From Chiloscyllium plagiosum (taxonomy: Eukaryota): DNA of 41,998 bases. Numbering within the stretch: the stretch's first letter is position 1; the number at the start of each line of letters is the position of its first letter. Positions 1 to 11,019 of this stretch are shown here, one piece after another. The notes beneath the pieces were generated by a model that had not been told where the DNA came from, made no database searches, and saw only the letters and a list, made by a program, of their open reading frames with translations. Position numbers and translations under genes: made by a program. The DNA lies in the NCBI RefSeq assembly GCF_004010195.1, contig NC_057718.1:54541062-54583059 (forward strand), in the 5' to 3' direction.

Positions 1-165
1 TTGACCTCTTTCCACCTATCACATTTCCGACGCCCCTCCCCCAAGTCCCTCCCCCTACCTTTTATCTTAGCCTGCTGGACAAACTTTCCTCATTCCTGAA
101 GAAGGGCTTATGCCCGAAACGTCGATTCTCCTGTTCCCTGGATGCTGCCTGACCTGCTGCGCTTT
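1..165 (+). mobile_element. Penelope-like element 3' end (pLTR region)
   Basis: C-rich 3' UTR, then cctgaagaagggcttatgcccgaaacgtcg...gatgctgcctgacctgctgcgc, homologous to the 3' end of the RT/GIY-YIG element at 5538-7465. Confidence 0.85.
92..127 (+). ncRNA. Minimal hammerhead ribozyme motif (Penelope-type)
   Basis: CUGAAGA (96-102), extra A, stem II GGGC-UUAU-GCCC (104-115), GAAA (116-119), palindromic ACGU, cleavage triplet GUC (121-123). Confidence 0.75.
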
Positions 166-559
166 CTAAGAATAGTTATGGCACTGTATTGGCTATTTAA
201 TTAATAAAAGAAGTTTATAATAAGGCAGTAGTATTAGGGTACTTTATTCTTTGCATAAATCAGACAAGTCAAACTGACAGTGTTTGCAGGACAAATTCTT
301 GAAATGCATTTGAAACTGCTAGAACAATCCATTGCGGAACAACCAGAGAACAGGATAGTTTAATCTTGTCTTGTGTGATAAGAAAGAGTTAATTAATAAT
401 GTCATAATTCTTGTCTAGTAATATCATAATCCTGCAGAACTTCACATTTCAGAATGACACACTTGATTCCAAAATTAGACTCTAAACTTAAATGAAGCAG
501 TTGCATAGGTATGTGTGATGATTGGGTATGATACTTTGTAAAACCGGATGGAAGGATAT

Positions 560-1411
560 GATAAAGCAATGGCAAACACTTAAATAAGAGTTGCAGGTAA
601 ATAGGATAGTGGAGAAGGCATTTAGTCTGCTTGACTTTATTGGGCAATGCGTTGAGTATCGGAGTTGGGAGGCCATTTTGCGACATTGGCTCGGCTACTT
701 TTGGAGTATTGTGTGCAATTCTGGTCTCCCTTCTACAAGAAGGATGTTGTGAAACTAGGAAGTGTTCAGAAAAGATTTATGATATTGGAGAGTTTGAGCT
801 ATAGGGAGAGGCTGAATAGGCTAGGGCTATTTCCCTGGAGTGTCAGAGGCTGGAAGGTGACCATATGGAGGTTTATAAAATCTTGAGGGACATGGACAGT
901 AATAGACAAGGTCTTTTCCCTGGGGTGGCAGAGTCCAAACCAAGAGGGATTAGATTTTGGGTGGGAAGGGAAAGATATAAAAGGGACCAAAGGGACAACT
1001 TTTTCATGCAGAGGGTGAGTATGGAATAAGCTCCAGTGGAAATGGTGGAGGCTGGTAAGATTACAGCATTTAAAAGGCATCAGAATGGGTATATGAATAG
1101 GAAGGGTTTATAAGTAAAGAGGCCAAATGTGACAAATGAGACAAGATTAATTTAGGATATCTGGTTGGCACAGGCGAAAGTGAGGACTGCAGATGCTGGA
1201 GATCAGAGTCTAGATTAGATGGTGCTGGAAAAGCACAGCAGGTCAGGCAGCATCCAAGGAGCAGGAAAATCGACGTTTCGGGCAAAAACCCTTCATCAGG
1301 AAAATACTTTCATCCTGATGAGCTTTTGCTCGAAGCGTCAATTTATCTGGTTGGCATAGTGAGTTGGACTGAAGAGTCTGTTTCCTTGATGTATATCTCT
1401 ATGACTATAAC
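560..1411 (+). mobile_element. CR1 (HER1-like) LINE 3' fragment, interrupted by a Penelope mini-insert
   Basis: LEYCVQFWSP...LSYRERLNRLGLF, the CR1 ORF2 C-terminus; ends in the tctctatgactata tail. Confidence 0.85.
1171..1343. mobile_element. Fold-back Penelope mini-insert with 13-bp TSD
   Basis: TSD tatctggttggca at 1158-1170 and 1344-1356. Minus-strand pLTR with an intact hammerhead core (1272-1299), followed by a degenerate plus-strand core (1315-1340). Confidence 0.85.
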
Positions 1412-1449
1412 TAAATATTTTGGAAGTCTTATTGAATATTAGATGGAAA

Positions 1450-2202
1450 TTTTTCTGCCTGGAAGTCAGTGTTGAGTGGGGTCCCACAGGGCTCTGTTCT
1501 TGGGCCTCTGCTGTTCGTAGTTTTTATAAATGACTTGGAGGTTGAAGAAGGGTGGGTTAGTAAATGTGCAGATGACACAAAGGTTGGAGGTGTCGTCGAT
1601 AGTATCGAAGGCTATTGCAGGCTGCAGCACGACATAGACAGGATGCAGAGCTGGGCTGAGAAGTGGTAGATGGAGTTCAACCTGGATAAATGCGAAGTGA
1701 TGCATTTTGGAAGGTCAAACTCGAATGCTGAATATAGGATTAAAGACAAGATTCTTGGTAGTGTGGAGAAACAGAGGGATCTGGGTGTGCAAGTACATAG
1801 ATCCCTCAAAGTTGCCACCCAAGTGGATAGGGTTGTTAAGAAAGCACATGGTGTTTTGGCTTTCATTAACAGGGGGATCGAGTTTTAAGAGCCACGAGGT
1901 TTTGCTGCAGCTCTACAAGTTCCTGGTGAGACCACACTTGGAATATTGTGTCCAGTTCTGGTTGCCCGACTATAGGAAAGGTACAGAGGCTTTGGAGAGG
2001 GTGCAAAGAAGGTTTACCAGGATACTGCCTGGAATGGAGGTGGCGGTGGAAGCAGAGTCATTAGGGACATTTAAACAACTGCTGGACAGGCACAGTGAGT
2101 TGAGGGTGCATGGGTGAAGTTATTTTGTGTTAGGATTAAGCTTCTGCACAACATCATGGGCCAAAGGGCCTATTCTTTGCTGTACTTTTCTATGTTCTAT
2201 GA
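1450..2202 (+). mobile_element. CR1 LINE RT fragment with internal deletion
   Basis: SGVPQGSVLGPLLFVVFINDL...KCADDTK RT motifs; KFLVRPHLEYCVQFW; ttctatgttctatg tail. Confidence 0.9.
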
Positions 2203-2385
2203 ATATGCTTTCTACTGACAATGAAAAAAATCCACAGGAAGAGTAATCCAATTGTGCCTAATTAAACAGTTCAAGGATGCATTTAGATTTTTATAAATAC
2301 ATATGTTGCAAAGAAGAATAATAAGGCTGAGGATTGGACGTGTTTTCAACCAAAAATAGTGATAGACGGACAAAATAGAATTAGA

Positions 2386-2549
2386 TAGGAGAAAGTGAGG
2401 ACTGCAGATGCTGGAGATCGGAGCTGAAAATGTGTTGCTGGAAAAGCGCAACAGGAATTCCTGAAGAAGGGCTTATGCCCGAAACGTCGATTCTCCTGCT
2501 CATTGGATGCTGCCTGACCTGCTGCGCTTTTCCAGCAACACATTTTCAG
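2386..2549. mobile_element. Fold-back Penelope mini-insert with 15-bp TSD
   Basis: Direct repeat caaaatagaattaga at 2371-2385 and 2550-2564. Inverted arms gctgaaaatgtgttgctggaaaagcgca / tgcgcttttccagcaacacattttcagc enclose a hammerhead motif. Confidence 0.88.
2454..2496 (+). ncRNA. Minimal hammerhead ribozyme motif (Penelope-type)
   Basis: CUGAAGA (2461-2467)-A-GGGC-UUAU-GCCC-GAAAC-GUC (2486-2488); core identical to the copy at 96-123. Confidence 0.75.
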
Positions 2550-2559
2550 CAAAATAGAA

Positions 2560-4790
2560 TTAGAGCCTAAAACAGCAAGAATTATAAAAACGCATTTTAA
2601 AATTTCTACGAGTATGTATGAAGGGGTAGGGTGACGAGAGTAAACATGGGCCGCAACAGCTGAAACAGCAGAAATTATAAGGGGAATAAGCAAATGACAG
2701 ACGTTATATAAATATTTTGTATGCTTCTACACAATAGCGGACACAAACCTGAATAGGAGAACAGACCTGATAAATGCAGAGTTGGAGAGATGCTATAGGA
2801 GGAAGGGATTTAGATTCATGAGATAATAGGGCTGTGTCTCTGCTGGCTGGGCAAATTATATTCCAGCACGATCAGGACCAATATCCTCACAGTGGCATTC
2901 ATTTATTCTGTGGGGCAGGGTTTAAACTAGAGCTGGAGAGAGCAAGGAATCTTGAGCAGGGAGACACGAGAGGGAACCACAGTTAGGAATGAAAGGTAGT
3001 AGAGTAGAAAGCAAAAACAGTTGCCAGAGGAAACAGGACTAGCATTAAGTAGGGCAGAGTTTGTTTAAAAAAAGCAGAATTGTTAAGACAAATCTTGATT
3101 CTGCAGAAAATCTAAATATTTCTCAGTTCATAGACTGTTTGCAATAAATTGGATGATTAACAATGCAAATAGTTATAAACAGGTACAATATCATTGTAAT
3201 TGCAGAAACATGACTGTAGACTGGGAACATCCAAAGGTATTCGATGTTTGGAATGGACAAGGAATAGGAAATGAGGATGGCATTATAAGTGAAGGATAAA
3301 ATCAGTGCAGCTGCGAGAAGGGATTTTTGCTGAGAAAACTTAGATGTAGGATCAGTCTGAGTGGAGTTAAGAAACACGTGACCCATTTGTGCAATAGGCA
3401 AGATGACTTTTTGGCTTGATGGCAGGTATGTTTAGTGGCAAATACCACTCCTGTTGCTACTCGTAATATCACTAGCTTCCCCTAAAGATTGGACTTTTGT
3501 GTTGGGTAACCTGAGATAGACTGGGCACTTCTCAGGACCAAAATGGTAGCTTTGTGCCTGTTCATGATTTTGAAAATATACAGTGAAAAATGATCTAATC
3601 AGGGTAGCCATTATCTTACTGGACAACTTTGTATTTAATTTCATCCTTCAAGCTTGCACAGTGCGCAAGGGTATGTGACCTTATTTACAAGGTTACTGAT
3701 AATATAAATGTTAGCCTTCACTGCAAGAAGATTCAATCCAGGAGCAAAGAGTCTTATTGCAGCTCTATAATACCTTGGGACCACACCTGGAGATGTGTGC
3801 AGTTTTGATATTTGTACCGAAAGGAAAAATATACTTGCCATATAGGGCATGTTTCAAAAGTTAGTTAAACTGATTTCTAGGATGGCAAGAATTTCTTATG
3901 AGTAAAGATTGGAACAACTAGGCCTGCATTCACTGGAGTTTAGAAGAATGAGAGGGAATCTTGACAAAAAGTGTACATTTCTTGCGGGGCTGGGCAGACC
4001 GAAGACATGCTGTTTCCCAAGACTGGGCGGGATGGGTCTAGAATAAGTAGTAAAAGTCTCATGATACTGGGTAAACCATTTAGGACTGAGATGAGATATT
4101 TCTTCACTGAGGATTGTGAACCTGTTGAATCCTCCACTGTAAAAGGCTGTGTAGGCCAAATCACTGAACATATTTGAAAAATAAGTAGATTTCCTGAGAC
4201 TAAAGGTGGCAAGGAGTATAAGGAGAGCCCAGGAGTACAGTGTTGAGTTTAAATAATTAAATGGTAGAGCAGGCTCTATGAACTGAATGGTGTACTTTTA
4301 CTTTCTATGTTTTTCTGTCAGAAATGGCAGGGAACTGAAAATCTAATGAGTTGGGGAATTAAAATAATTACTTTTAGTAAAAGAAATATCGAAGAAGTTA
4401 ATTGAACTAATAAGTGACATGTACCCTGATGGCTTACATTTTGTAACAATTTTACACAATTTTTAAAAGAAATGCTGCAGGTGTAGTGGATGCATTGACT
4501 GTGATTTTAAATTCCCTGGATTCTAGATCAGTCCCAGTGGATTGGAGCATAGAAAATGAAATGCTGCTTTTCAAGAAAGAAATGGAAAAGAAAATGGAAC
4601 AACAGATCAGTCAGCTGATCACTTGGCATTGGAAAACTGATGCAATGGATTTTAAGGAAGTAGTAACAGGCAATTAGAAAATCATAATGTGATTGTGATG
4701 AGTCAGCGTTGTGTAAAGAAAAGAAAATGGTGGTTGACAAATAATATTTAGTGTTTGAGGTTTTGTTGGGAGGTAGATATAGGAGAAAAG
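2560..4790 (+). mobile_element. Patchwork of old CR1 fragments, with a short minus-strand Penelope-like piece near 3410-3620
   Basis: Degenerate CR1 ORF1, endonuclease and RT-like text, with a 3' end near 4310. Minus-strand FGPEKCPVYLRLP resembles the PLE linker region. Confidence 0.55.
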
Positions 4791-5537
4791 GAAAAGCCTC
4801 TCTGTGATTAGATGGAAACTTTAAGGTTGGCTATCTGAAAGTGTTTGCAAAATTTTAGTTCTGCCAGCCACACTTATCCCTTCTTTGTGCAAAAGAAAAT
4901 ATTTTGTACCAGCAGTATCTTGGGGCTTATGCTTTAATAATTAAATACTTCTGTCGATAAATCTTTTTGAAGTTTTGAAGGTTGAGTAACCTGTGCATTG
5001 TTAGCAATGTTTATACAAAAATTACAATGTCAGTTTTGTTCATCCTTTTGTACTTGTCTTTTAACAATTCACTTTTTTTTCTGTTTGAAACAGAAAATGG
5101 CATGCGTTGACATGGAGTAAAGCACCTCTAGGCACTTTTACAAGGAAGTGCACAACCTGCTTTCATTTCACAATTGCATTAATTCAAATTATCCAACTTT
5201 ACATTTGCTGCTAAATTTACATAGTTTGCCTTTCTATTAATGCTACATCATACAAATTATTGGCTAATGCAATCGTTTTCGTACAAAAATAAATTGTCAG
5301 AAACAGACTATTTGTTTTTCTGTTTTTTTTGTTGTCTGCTACTGGTGTTGACTACATCTAGTTTGTAACATCTCAATAGAGTTTTCAAAAGTAAATATAC
5401 ATTATTGCAGTGCAATCGTTATTGTCTTTTACTTCATACATCTATATACTTCATGCTTCACAGAATAATAGAATCCCTACAGTGCTGAAAGAGGCTATCT
5501 TCCACCTCCCCACCCTATCCCTATAACCTCACAATTC

Positions 5538-7465
5538 CACCTGGACACCCCGCGCTGGCCTATTACCTGCCCTCGACCTCTTCACTTCCAACTGCCGCCG
5601 GGACATTAACCGCCTCAACCTGTCTACCCCCCTCCCCTACTCCAACCTCTCACCCTCACAACGTGCAGCCCTCCAATCCCTCTGCTCCAATCCCAACCTC
5701 ACCATCAAGCCAGCGGATAAAGGGGGCGCAGTGGTAGTCTGGCGCACTGACCTCTACACCGCTGAAGCAAAACGCCAACTCGAGACACCTCTTCCTACTG
5801 CCCCCTCGACCATGACCCCACCCCCCATCACCAAACCATCATCTCCCAGACCATACAGAACCTCATCACCTCAGCAGATCTCCCACCCACAGCTTCCAAC
5901 CTTATAGTCCGGGAACGCTGCACTGCCCGGTTCTACCTCCTTCCTAAGATCCACAAGCCTGACCACCCTGGCCGACCCATTGTCTCAGCATGATGCTGAG
6001 ACACTGGGTCGGCCAGGGTGGTCAGGCTTGTGGATCTTGGGAAGGAGGTAAAACCGGGCAGTGCGGGGTTCCCAGACTATGAGGNNNNNNNNNNNNNNNN
6101 NNNNNNNNNNNNNNNNNNNNNNNNNNNNNNNNNNNNNNNNNNNNNNNNNNNNNNNNNNNNNNNNNNNNNNNNNNNNNNNNNNNNNNNNNNNNNNNNNNNN
6201 NNNNNNNNNNNNNNNNNNNNNNNNNNNNNNNNNNNNNNNNNNNNNNNNNNNNNNNNNNNNNNNNNNNNNNNNNNNNNNNNNNNNNNNNNNNNNNNNNNNN
6301 NNNNNNNNNNNNNNNNNNNNNNNNNNNNNNNNNNNNNNNNNNNNNNNNNNNNNNNNNNNNNNNNNNNNNNNNNNNNNNNNNNNNNNNNNNNNNNNNNNNN
6401 NNNNNNNNNNNNNNNNNNNNNNNNNNNNNNNNNNNNNNNNNNNNNNNNNNNNNNNNNNNNNNNNNNNNNNNNNNNNNNNNNNNNNNNNNNNNNNNNNNNN
6501 NNNNNNNNNNNNNNNNNNNNNNNNNNNNNNNNNNNNNNNNNNNNNNNNNNNNNNNNNNNNNNNNNNNNNNNNNNNNNNNNNNNNNNNNNNNNNNNNNNNN
6601 NNNNNNNNNNNNNNNNNNNNNNNNNNNNNNNNNNNNNNNNNNNNNNNNNNNNNNNNNNNNNNNNNNNNNNNNNNNNNNNNNNNNNNNNNNNNNNNNNNNN
6701 NNNNNNNNNNNNNNNNNNNNNNNNCCTTCCCCTGCCACCACAGGAACTGTAAAACCTGCGCCCACACCTCCTCCCTCACCTCCATCCAAGGCCCTAAAGG
6801 AGCCTTCCACATCCATCAAAGTTTTACCTGCACATCCACTAATATCATTTATTGTATCCGTTATCCCGATGCGGTCTCCTCTACATTGGGGAGACTGGGC
6901 ACCTCCTAGCAGAGCGCTCTGGGAACATCTCCGGGACACCCACACCAATCAACCACACCGCCCTGTGGCCCAACATTTCAACTCCCCCTCCCACTCTGCC
7001 GAGGACATGGAGGTCCTGGGCCTCCTTCACCGCCGCTCCCTCACCACCAGACGCCTGGAGGAATAACACCTCATCTTCCGCCTCGGAACACTTCAACCCC
7101 AGGGCATCAATGTGGACTTCAACAGTTTCCTCATTTCCCCTTCCTCCACCTCACCCTAGTTCCAAACTTCCAGCTCAGCACTGTCCCCATGACTTGTCCG
7201 GACTTCTCCGACCTGCCTAGCTCCTTTTCCACCTATCCACTCCACCCTCTCCTCCCTGACCTATCACCTTCATCCCCTCCCCCACTCACCTATTATACTC
7301 TATGCTACTTTCTCCCCACGCCCACCCTCCTCTAGCTTATCTCTCCACGCTTCAGGCTCTCTGCCTTCATTCCTGATGAAGGGCTTTTGCCCGGATTGTC
7401 GATTTCGCTGCTCCTTGGATGCTGCCTGAACTGCTGTGCTCTTCCAGCACCTCTAATTCAGAATT
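5538..7465 (+). mobile_element. Penelope-like retroelement (Neptune-type), 5'-truncated, contains assembly gap
   Basis: LTIKPADKGGAVVVW and RFYLLPKIHKPDHPGRPIVS (PLE RT N-terminus); Cys linker FPCHHRNCKTC; GIY-YIG NIIYCI...CGLLYIGET; 3' end carries a mutated hammerhead (7373-7400). Confidence 0.92.
6085..6724. other. Assembly gap (N run)
   Basis: Run of n. Confidence 1.
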
Positions 7466-7944
7466 ACCATAGATAGCCCACCTAGTCTGCACAACCATGG
7501 ACACAATGGGACAATTTAGCATGGGCCAATCCACCTAACCTGCACGTCTTTGGGCTGTGGGAGGAAGCCAGAGCACCCAGGGGAAACCCACGCAGTCACA
7601 GGGAGAATGTGCACATTCCACACAGTCACCCAAGGCTAAAATCAAACTTGGGTTCCTGGCGCTATGAGGCAGCAGTGCTAACCACTGAGCCACCATGCCG
7701 CTGTAATTTTGTATGCATTCCTGAAGATGAGTCATCTTAATTGAGTACAGATAGGGTTAGAATGATGGTGCCAACTAGTATCTTTTATTCCTATTCTGTA
7801 TGTTATAAAGTTGAATGGTTTGCTTTCAGGTGTTCGGATGTAGGAACAAAAGTTTAAGTTATTGCCCATTACGATACTCTTTGCAGTAATGTAGAAAGCA
7901 AATAATGCACAACTCTGATTATTAATCCTCTATTTTGGTTTTAG

Positions 7945-8049
7945 CCAACCACAGGAGGCCTGTATAAACCTGATGACTACATAATTATCACTACAGTGCA
8001 TAATGAAAGGTACAAATGTATGTTGCCTTCAGTTGGGAGTGAAGACCAG
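7945..8049 (+). CDS. ERLEC1: ERLEC1 coding exon 2
   Basis: ttttag|CCA...CAG|gtaagc; 105 nt, phase 0/0. Translates [35 protein letters not shown], matching human ERLEC1 [28 protein letters not shown] (recalled sequence). Confidence 0.96.
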
Positions 8050-8942
8050 GTAAGCCTTGTATTAAAGTACATTTTGTTGGAGATGCTTACTTCATAACTA
8101 TATAATGTAATGGGTTATGTATTACTTTACATTGTATGTATGTTTTTTTAAAATTTAACATTGATTTCAGACTACAGTCAATAACTCCAAGTTAATTTAA
8201 GTCTGTGTATTCTGTTTGTTTTTCTGTGCAAAGATGTAATGATTCTTGCTTAAAAGCAATCTATTTTGTGTAATAAACCTGTTTTTGAAAGTATGCAAGT
8301 GCTTTTTTTTTCCAACTGTCTTCACATTCAGGATTGGTGCCAGAAGACTGGAAATTTGAAAATGTAACTTTTTTGATGGAAAAGAAAGCATAAACTTAGC
8401 TCAACAATTATAGCCCAGTTGGTTTGACTTAATTGACGGGTGGGGAAGCTTGCAGAAACGATAATTCAGGATAAAATTAATAGTCACAAATTTAGATTCA
8501 TTAAAGAAAGCCAGCTTGTGTTTTAAAAGCAAAAATTGTAACTTGCAGGACCTTTGTGAAGAGGTAACAGAGTTGAGGGCAATGCAACTGATACATGGAA
8601 TTCCAAAAGTTATCTGATGCAGTGTCACTCAACAAACTTAAGTAAATGTATAGTTAATGGGATAAAGGTTTCAGTGGCAGCATGAACAGGAACTGGCTGA
8701 ATGGTACCCTGGTTAATGGATGGCTCTTTGGATTGGATGTAGCTTTAGAGAAGAGTTCCCCAGCGGTCAGTGCTGGAACCCTTAGTTTTTCTCGTATATT
8801 GACGGCTTAAACCTTTAGTTTCAACATTTGTGGATGGTTCAAAACCCTGGAGGCATTGTAAATTGAGGAAGATGTAAATTGAGGAAGATGGTGCAAAACT
8901 TCAGTAGGATTTGGTCAAATTGGTCAGAAAATGACAGATTGA

Positions 8943-9271
8943 AGCTCAAAACAGAGAAATGTAATGATTCATTTATGTAGGAACGACTTAGAGAGATAAA
9001 CAGCACAATTCTAAAGGGGAATCAACGAGTTGTGGGACCTGGTGAATATATGCATTAATCATAGAACATAGAAGAATACAGCGCAGTACAGGCCCTTGGG
9101 CCCAGCTCAAAGCAGAGAAATGTAATGATTCATTTATGTAGGAACGACTTAGAGAGATAAACAGCACAATTCTAAAGGGGAATCAATGAGTTGTGGGACC
9201 TGGTGAATATATGCATTAATCATAGAACATAGAACATAGAAGAATACAGCGCAGTACAGGCCCTTGGGCCC
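8943..9271. repeat. Tandem duplication (161/168-bp units)
   Basis: 8943-9103 and 9104-9271 differ by two substitutions and one extra catagaa unit. Confidence 0.9.
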
Positions 9272-10395
9272 TCGATGTTGCGCCGATCCAAGCCAAACTG
9301 CACACAATATTCCAGATGTGGCCGTACCAGAGTCTTATACAACTGCATCATGACCTCAGGACTCCGGAACTCAATTCCTCTACCAATAAAAGTCAGTACG
9401 CCATATGCCTTCCTCACCGCACTATTTACCTGGGTGGCAACTTTCAGAGATCTGTGTACATGGACACCAAGATCCCTCTGCTCATCCACACTACCAAGTA
9501 TCCGACCATTAGCCCAGTACCCCATCTTTTTGTTATTCTTCCCAAAGTGAATCACCTCGCACTTAGCTACATTGTATTCCATCTGCCACCTTTCTGCCCA
9601 GCTCTGCAGCTTCTCTATATCCTGCTGTAACCTGCCATATGCTTCCTCACTGTCAACAACTCCTCCGACTTTTGTGTCATCCGCAAACTTGCTCACCCAA
9701 CCTTCTAACCCCTCCTCTAGGTCATTTATAAAAATGACAAACAGCAATGGTCCCAAAACAGATCCTTGCGGAACACCGCTGGTGACGGCACTCCAAGATG
9801 AACCTTTGTCATCAACTACTACCCTCTGTCTTCTTCCATCCAGCTAATTCCTAATCCAAACCTCCAACTCACCCTCACTGCCATACCTCCGTATTTTTTG
9901 CAGTAGCCTATCATGGGGAACCTTATCAAACGCCTTACTAAAATCCATATATACCACATCTACCGCTTTCCCCTCATCAACTTCCTTCGTCACCTTTTCA
10001 AAGAATTCAATAAGGTTTGTGAGGCACGTCTTGCCCTTCACAAAACCATGCTGACTATCCTTGATCACATTATTCCTATCCAGATGTTCATAAATCCTAT
10101 CCCTTACAATTCTCTCTAAGACTTTGCCCACAATAGAAGTGAGACTCACCGGCCTATAGTTACTAGGGTTATCCCTACTCCCCTTTTTGAACAAGGGAAC
10201 CACATTTGCTATCCTCCAGTCTTCTGGCACTACTCCTGTAGACAAAGAGGACATAAAAATCAAGGCCAATGGCTCTGCAATCTCCTCCCTTGCTTCCCAG
10301 AGAATCCTAGGATAAATGCCATCAGGCCCAGGGGACTTATCTATTTTCACCTTTTCCAGGATTTCCAACACCTCCTCTCTACATACCCCAAAGCC
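9221..10395 (-). mobile_element. Young CR1 LINE fragment (RT domain)
   Basis: ORFs 9844..10371 (KSPGPDGI, NYRPVSLTS, QHGF, YMDFSKAFDKV) and 9220..9756 (KFADDTK), separated by a stop; (ttctatg)n tail; internal deletion after EYCVQF. Confidence 0.95.
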
Positions 10396-11019
10396 TCAAA
10401 TCATAGAATCCCCTACAGTATGGAAGCAAGCCATTCAACCCATTGAGTTGAGCATCCAATCCTGAACCCCTCCTCCCAATTGTTATTGAATTTGGCAGGG
10501 TGGATTGAGAGCATGGTTAATAAAGCATTCTGTACCCTAGGCTTTATTCATAGAAGTATAGAGTAAAAGAGCAAGGAGTTTATGTTGAACCTGGAGAAGA
10601 CATTCTACCTCAGCTGAAGTATTGCATCCAGTTCTGGATGCCACATTTTGGCATTGGTGAAAGTGCAATGAATGAACTCTGGTATGAGGAACGTCAGTTA
10701 TGAAGACTGGAGACTGTAGGACATATTTCTTTTGGGAGAAAAAAGGCAGAGAGGAGTTTGGATAGAGGTTTTCAAATCATGAAGAGTCTGAATCAAATAG
10801 ATAGGAAGAAACCGTTTTAACTCATGAAAGAATCAAAATGAGAGAGTGCAGACCTAAATTATTGGCAAAAGAAGCAAAATCAACATGAGAGAGAATGTAC
10901 ACAGTGACTGGGTTACGATTTGGAATGCATTGACACAATATTTATTCCATTGGTAGGTGATTAAGTAGTGAGTAGCTCAATCATGCATATCAGTTAATTC
11001 ATGGGTTTGTTCCAAGTCA

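Larger units (their letters stand above)
5458..7700 (-). mobile_element. HE1-type V-SINE split by a Penelope insertion (pieces 5458-5537 and 7466-7700)
   Basis: Reverse complement begins ggcatggtggctcagtggttagcactgctgcctc (tRNA-like A box), contains the V-domain-like cacattctccc...ttcctcccaca, and has the 3' tail actgtagggattctat at about 5470-5485. Confidence 0.85.
8420..10935 (+). mobile_element. Old CR1 LINE interrupted by younger insertions
   Basis: Degenerate RT text (agagttccccagcggtcagtgctgg, about VPQGSVLG) resumes at about 10480 and continues through the YCIQFW and 3' region. Confidence 0.65.

Noticed and set aside
5060..5125. Strong pyrimidine tract plus CAG followed by ATG, as a possible extra exon
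   Set aside because: Early stop, only a weak donor, and no similarity to ERLEC1 exon 1; unsupported without transcript data.
5985..6948. Long ORFs of 244-308 aa
   Set aside because: They read through the N gap; the flanking residues are Penelope sequence or its antisense.
7373..7400. Further hammerhead-like motifs (also near 1315, 19622, 20872, 22680, 25205)
   Set aside because: Core nucleotides are mutated (GAAA or CUGANGA lost), so they are not called as functional ribozymes.
7630..7700. tRNA-like sequence (also at 24711-24775 and near 16630-16680)
   Set aside because: These are SINE heads that continue into SINE bodies; no full cloverleaf is evident.
8857..8888. 16-bp tandem duplication (and a 24-bp one near 22862-22909)
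   Set aside because: Ordinary slippage duplications inside dead repeats; two units only, not CRISPR-like.
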